45,329 nt of DNA from Eubacteriales bacterium (GTDB taxonomy: Bacteria > Bacillota > Clostridia > Oscillospirales > CAG-272), in NCBI GenBank assembly GCA_045121195.1, contig JBGVFO010000152.1, forward strand, positions 1-45,329, read 5' to 3'. Shown in pieces: positions 43,183-45,329 of the stretch. The stretch's first letter is position 1. Every line of letters starts with the position of its first letter. The notes beneath the pieces were generated by a model. That model had not been told where the DNA came from and made no database searches. It worked only from the letters and a program-made list of their open reading frames with translations. A program made the position numbers and the translations under genes.

Positions 43183-44211
43183 ATGGCGCAAAGGATTGTA
43201 AAGGTCAGCACCAGCGAGCTTACGTTGAGGCTCTTTGGCAGCTTCGATTCCAACGTAAAGGAAATAGAGAGCGCGTTCGGCGTAAGCATCCGCAATCGGG
43301 AGACCGAGGACGGAAATGCTATTGTCGTGGATGGAGAGGGTGACGGCATCCATCTTGCCGCCGAGGTCATCACCTATCTTTTGGAGGTGGCGCGCATCAA
43401 CGAGTCTATCGACGGTCAGACGCTTCGCTACGCCATTGATATGGTAAAGACGGGACAGGGTGCCGCCCTTTCGGGGCTTGACGACGACTGCATCTGCATT
43501 ACACACCGCTCCAAGCCCATCAAGGCAAAGACGGTAGGACAGAAGCAGTACGTGGACGCTATCTCGAAGAATACCATCATTCTCGGTGTCGGCCCCGCCG
43601 GTACGGGTAAGACCTTCCTTGCCGTTGCCATGGCAGTCAAGGCGCTTCGTGCCAAGCAGGTCAGCCGTATCATTCTGACCCGTCCCGCTATCGAAGCGGG
43701 CGAGAAGCTGGGCTTCCTGCCGGGCGATCTGCAAAGCAAGATCGACCCCTACCTTCGTCCGCTGTACGACGCTCTTTACGAAATGATCGGCACCGAGGCG
43801 TATGCGCGGTACGTAGAAAAGGGAACGATCGAGATCGCGCCCTTGGCGTATATGCGCGGACGCACCCTTGACGATTCCTTCATCATTTTGGACGAGGCAC
43901 AGAACGCCACCCCCGAGCAGATGAAGATGTTCCTGACCCGTCTTGGCTTCAACTCCAAGATGGTGGTCACGGGTGACCTGACCCAGACCGACCTGCCTTA
44001 CGGGCAGAAGAGCGGTCTTGCGTCTGTGGTGAAGATCCTCGAAAATATCGATGACATTGCGATCCATCACTTCAGCGAGCGTGACGTGGTTCGTCACAAG
44101 CTGGTGCAAAAGATCATTCTGGCGTATGAAAAGCACGAGCGCGAAAGCGCGCGGAAGGCAGAGGAGGCGCGGAAGCGTTACACGGGGAAGCCCCCTCGGG
44201 ACAAGAATTGA
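43183..44211 (+). CDS. phoH: PhoH-family ATPase (PhoH/YbeZ)
   Basis: 342 aa. Walker A reads GPAGTGKTFLAVA, Walker B FIILDEAQN, and PGDLQSKIDPYLRPLYD is present. Confidence 0.93.
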   Translation: MAQRIVKVSTSELTLRLFGSFDSNVKEIESAFGVSIRNRETEDGNAIVVDGEGDGIHLAAEVITYLLEVARINESIDGQTLRYAIDMVKTGQGAALSGLDDDCICITHRSKPIKAKTVGQKQYVDAISKNTIILGVGPAGTGKTFLAVAMAVKALRAKQVSRIILTRPAIEAGEKLGFLPGDLQSKIDPYLRPLYDALYEMIGTEAYARYVEKGTIEIAPLAYMRGRTLDDSFIILDEAQNATPEQMKMFLTRLGFNSKMVVTGDLTQTDLPYGQKSGLASVVKILENIDDIAIHHFSERDVVRHKLVQKIILAYEKHERESARKAEEARKRYTGKPPRDKN

Positions 44212-44220
44212 GAGGACAGT

Positions 44221-44697
44221 ATGAAGGTAAAGATCTATTTTGAAAATAATCAGGAGAAGGAAACGGTTACGTATCGCCTCAAGATGCTGATCCGCCGTGC
44301 CGTACAGGAGGCTCTTGCCTATGAGTCGGTGGAGGAGGATTGCGAGGTTTCGGTCACCTTTTCCGACAACGAGGGAATTCGAGAGATCAACCGAAGATTC
44401 CGCAATATCGACCGTGCCACCGACGTGCTGTCTTTCCCCCTTTTCGATGAGGACGGGATGGACGCGCACGTGGAGGAGCTGGACTGTATGCTGGGTGATA
44501 TCGTTCTTTCCCTGGAGCGCGCCCGTGAGCAGGCAAACGAGTTCGGACACAGCTTTGCGCGCGAGGTTGCCTTTCTGACGGTACATTCGGTGCTTCATCT
44601 TCTCGGATACGATCACGAGCTTTCGGAGGAGGACGATGCCGATATGAGAAAGCGGCAGACCGAGATCGTGGACCGTATGGGACTCTCGGTAAAATAA
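44221..44697 (+). CDS. ybeY: rRNA maturation endoribonuclease YbeY
   Basis: 158 aa, with the zinc motif HSVLHLLGYDH. Confidence 0.93.
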   Translation: MKVKIYFENNQEKETVTYRLKMLIRRAVQEALAYESVEEDCEVSVTFSDNEGIREINRRFRNIDRATDVLSFPLFDEDGMDAHVEELDCMLGDIVLSLERAREQANEFGHSFAREVAFLTVHSVLHLLGYDHELSEEDDADMRKRQTEIVDRMGLSVK

Positions 44698-44709
44698 TAA
44701 GGAGAACAT

Positions 44710-45329
44710 ATGAAAAAAACAGGATTTATTGCTATCGTGGGACGCCCGAACGTGGGCAAGTCTACGCTGATGAATCAGCTTTTGGGCGAGAAGGTCGCTA
44801 TCGTTTCCAGCAAGCCGCAGACGACAAGAAACCGCATTTTGGGGATCTTGACCCGCGGTGAGGAGCAGTTTGTCTTCCTTGATACCCCCGGTATTCACAG
44901 ACCCAAGAATGTTCTTGGTGAATATATGGTCAACGCCGCCAACAGCTCTATGCGTGACGCCGACGCCGTTGTGCTTGTGGTTGACGCGGGGCGCGAGATC
45001 AGCTCGGTGGAGGAGAACGTGATCGCCTATCTTCGCGAAACGGGGCTTCCCTCGATCCTGGCGCTCAATAAGGTGGATCTTTACCGCCGTGAGCAGATTG
45101 CGGAAACCATTGCCCGTTACGCGGACAAGTATAGCTTTGACGCATTCGTTCCGATCAGCGCCAAGAAGGGCGAAAAGACCGATGCGCTTCTTGACGAATG
45201 TGCCAAGTTCCTCGGAGAGGCAGAGGAGTGGTATTTCCCCGACGATATGATCACCGACCAGCCCGAGCGGCAGATGGTGTCCGAGATCATTCGCGAGAAG
45301 ATCCTCAAGACCCTCAACAAGGAGATCCC
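44710..45329 (+). CDS. era: GTPase Era (5' part, runs off the window end)
   Basis: This ORF is not in the ORF track because it has no stop in the window. My hand translation from ATG 44710 gives MKKTGFIAIVGRPNVGKSTLMNQLLGEKVAIVSSKPQTTRNRILGI...FLDTPGIH, which contains the G1, G2 and G3 motifs. Confidence 0.92.
   Translation, partial: MKKTGFIAIVGRPNVGKSTLMNQLLGEKVAIVSSKPQTTRNRILGILTRGEEQFVFLDTPGIHRPKNVLGEYMVNAANSSMRDADAVVLVVDAGREISSVEENVIAYLRETGLPSILALNKVDLYRREQIAETIARYADKYSFDAFVPISAKKGEKTDALLDECAKFLGEAEEWYFPDDMITDQPERQMVSEIIREKILKTLNKEI

Noticed and set aside
43084-44898. A 604-aa minus-strand ORF opposite phoH, ybeY and era.
   Set aside because: It spans three well-supported plus-strand genes and their junctions, so it is a shadow ORF.

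Overview
This 45.3 kb window looks like chromosomal DNA from a moderately high-GC, spore-forming Firmicute of the class Clostridia. The evidence is the yqfC-yqfD-phoH-ybeY-era and ylbJ genes, a T-box leader, tRNAs with encoded CCA, and Gram-positive lipoboxes and Shine-Dalgarno sites. Most of the window is housekeeping: rqcH, a HAD-IIA phosphatase, coaW, alaS, a cysteine desulfurase with a DUF3343 partner, murE, trpB, three tRNAs and sporulation or ribosome-maturation genes. Three accessory regions stand out. (1) At 6.6-19.0 kb there are two paralogous, independently transcribed giant secreted proteins. One is intact at 2395 aa. The other would be about 1500 aa but is broken by a 1-nt frameshift in a C5 run. 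They share an unassigned N-terminal head of about 650 aa with alpha/beta-hydrolase-like Ser/Asp/His motifs, followed by repeated Ig-like / DNRLRE(CBM96)-like / beta-sandwich supermodules. Each is followed by a tiny co-transcribed ORF: a 44-aa peptide and a 72-aa hyper-acidic lipoprotein. (2) At 24.9-28.6 kb a four-gene operon (SDR, two xylose-isomerase-like TIM barrels, Gfo/Idh/MocA) has the enzyme composition of oxidation/beta-elimination sugar or glycoside pathways, but no transporter or regulator. (3) At 28.7-31.1 kb an AT-rich, repeat-dense islet sits downstream of tRNA-Arg(ACG). It contains a duplicated tRNA 3' end, a 67-nt direct repeat, a small ParB-like protein, a GNAT, a DUF559 endonuclease gene bracketed by two-hairpin inverted repeats of about 50 nt, and a gene-less copy of the same repeat pair. 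It has no integrase. My best candidates for something new are the giant esterase-like locus and the inverted-repeat-bounded DUF559 cassette. Neither can be shown to be undescribed without database searches. All family calls come from motif recognition by eye, not from computed alignments.
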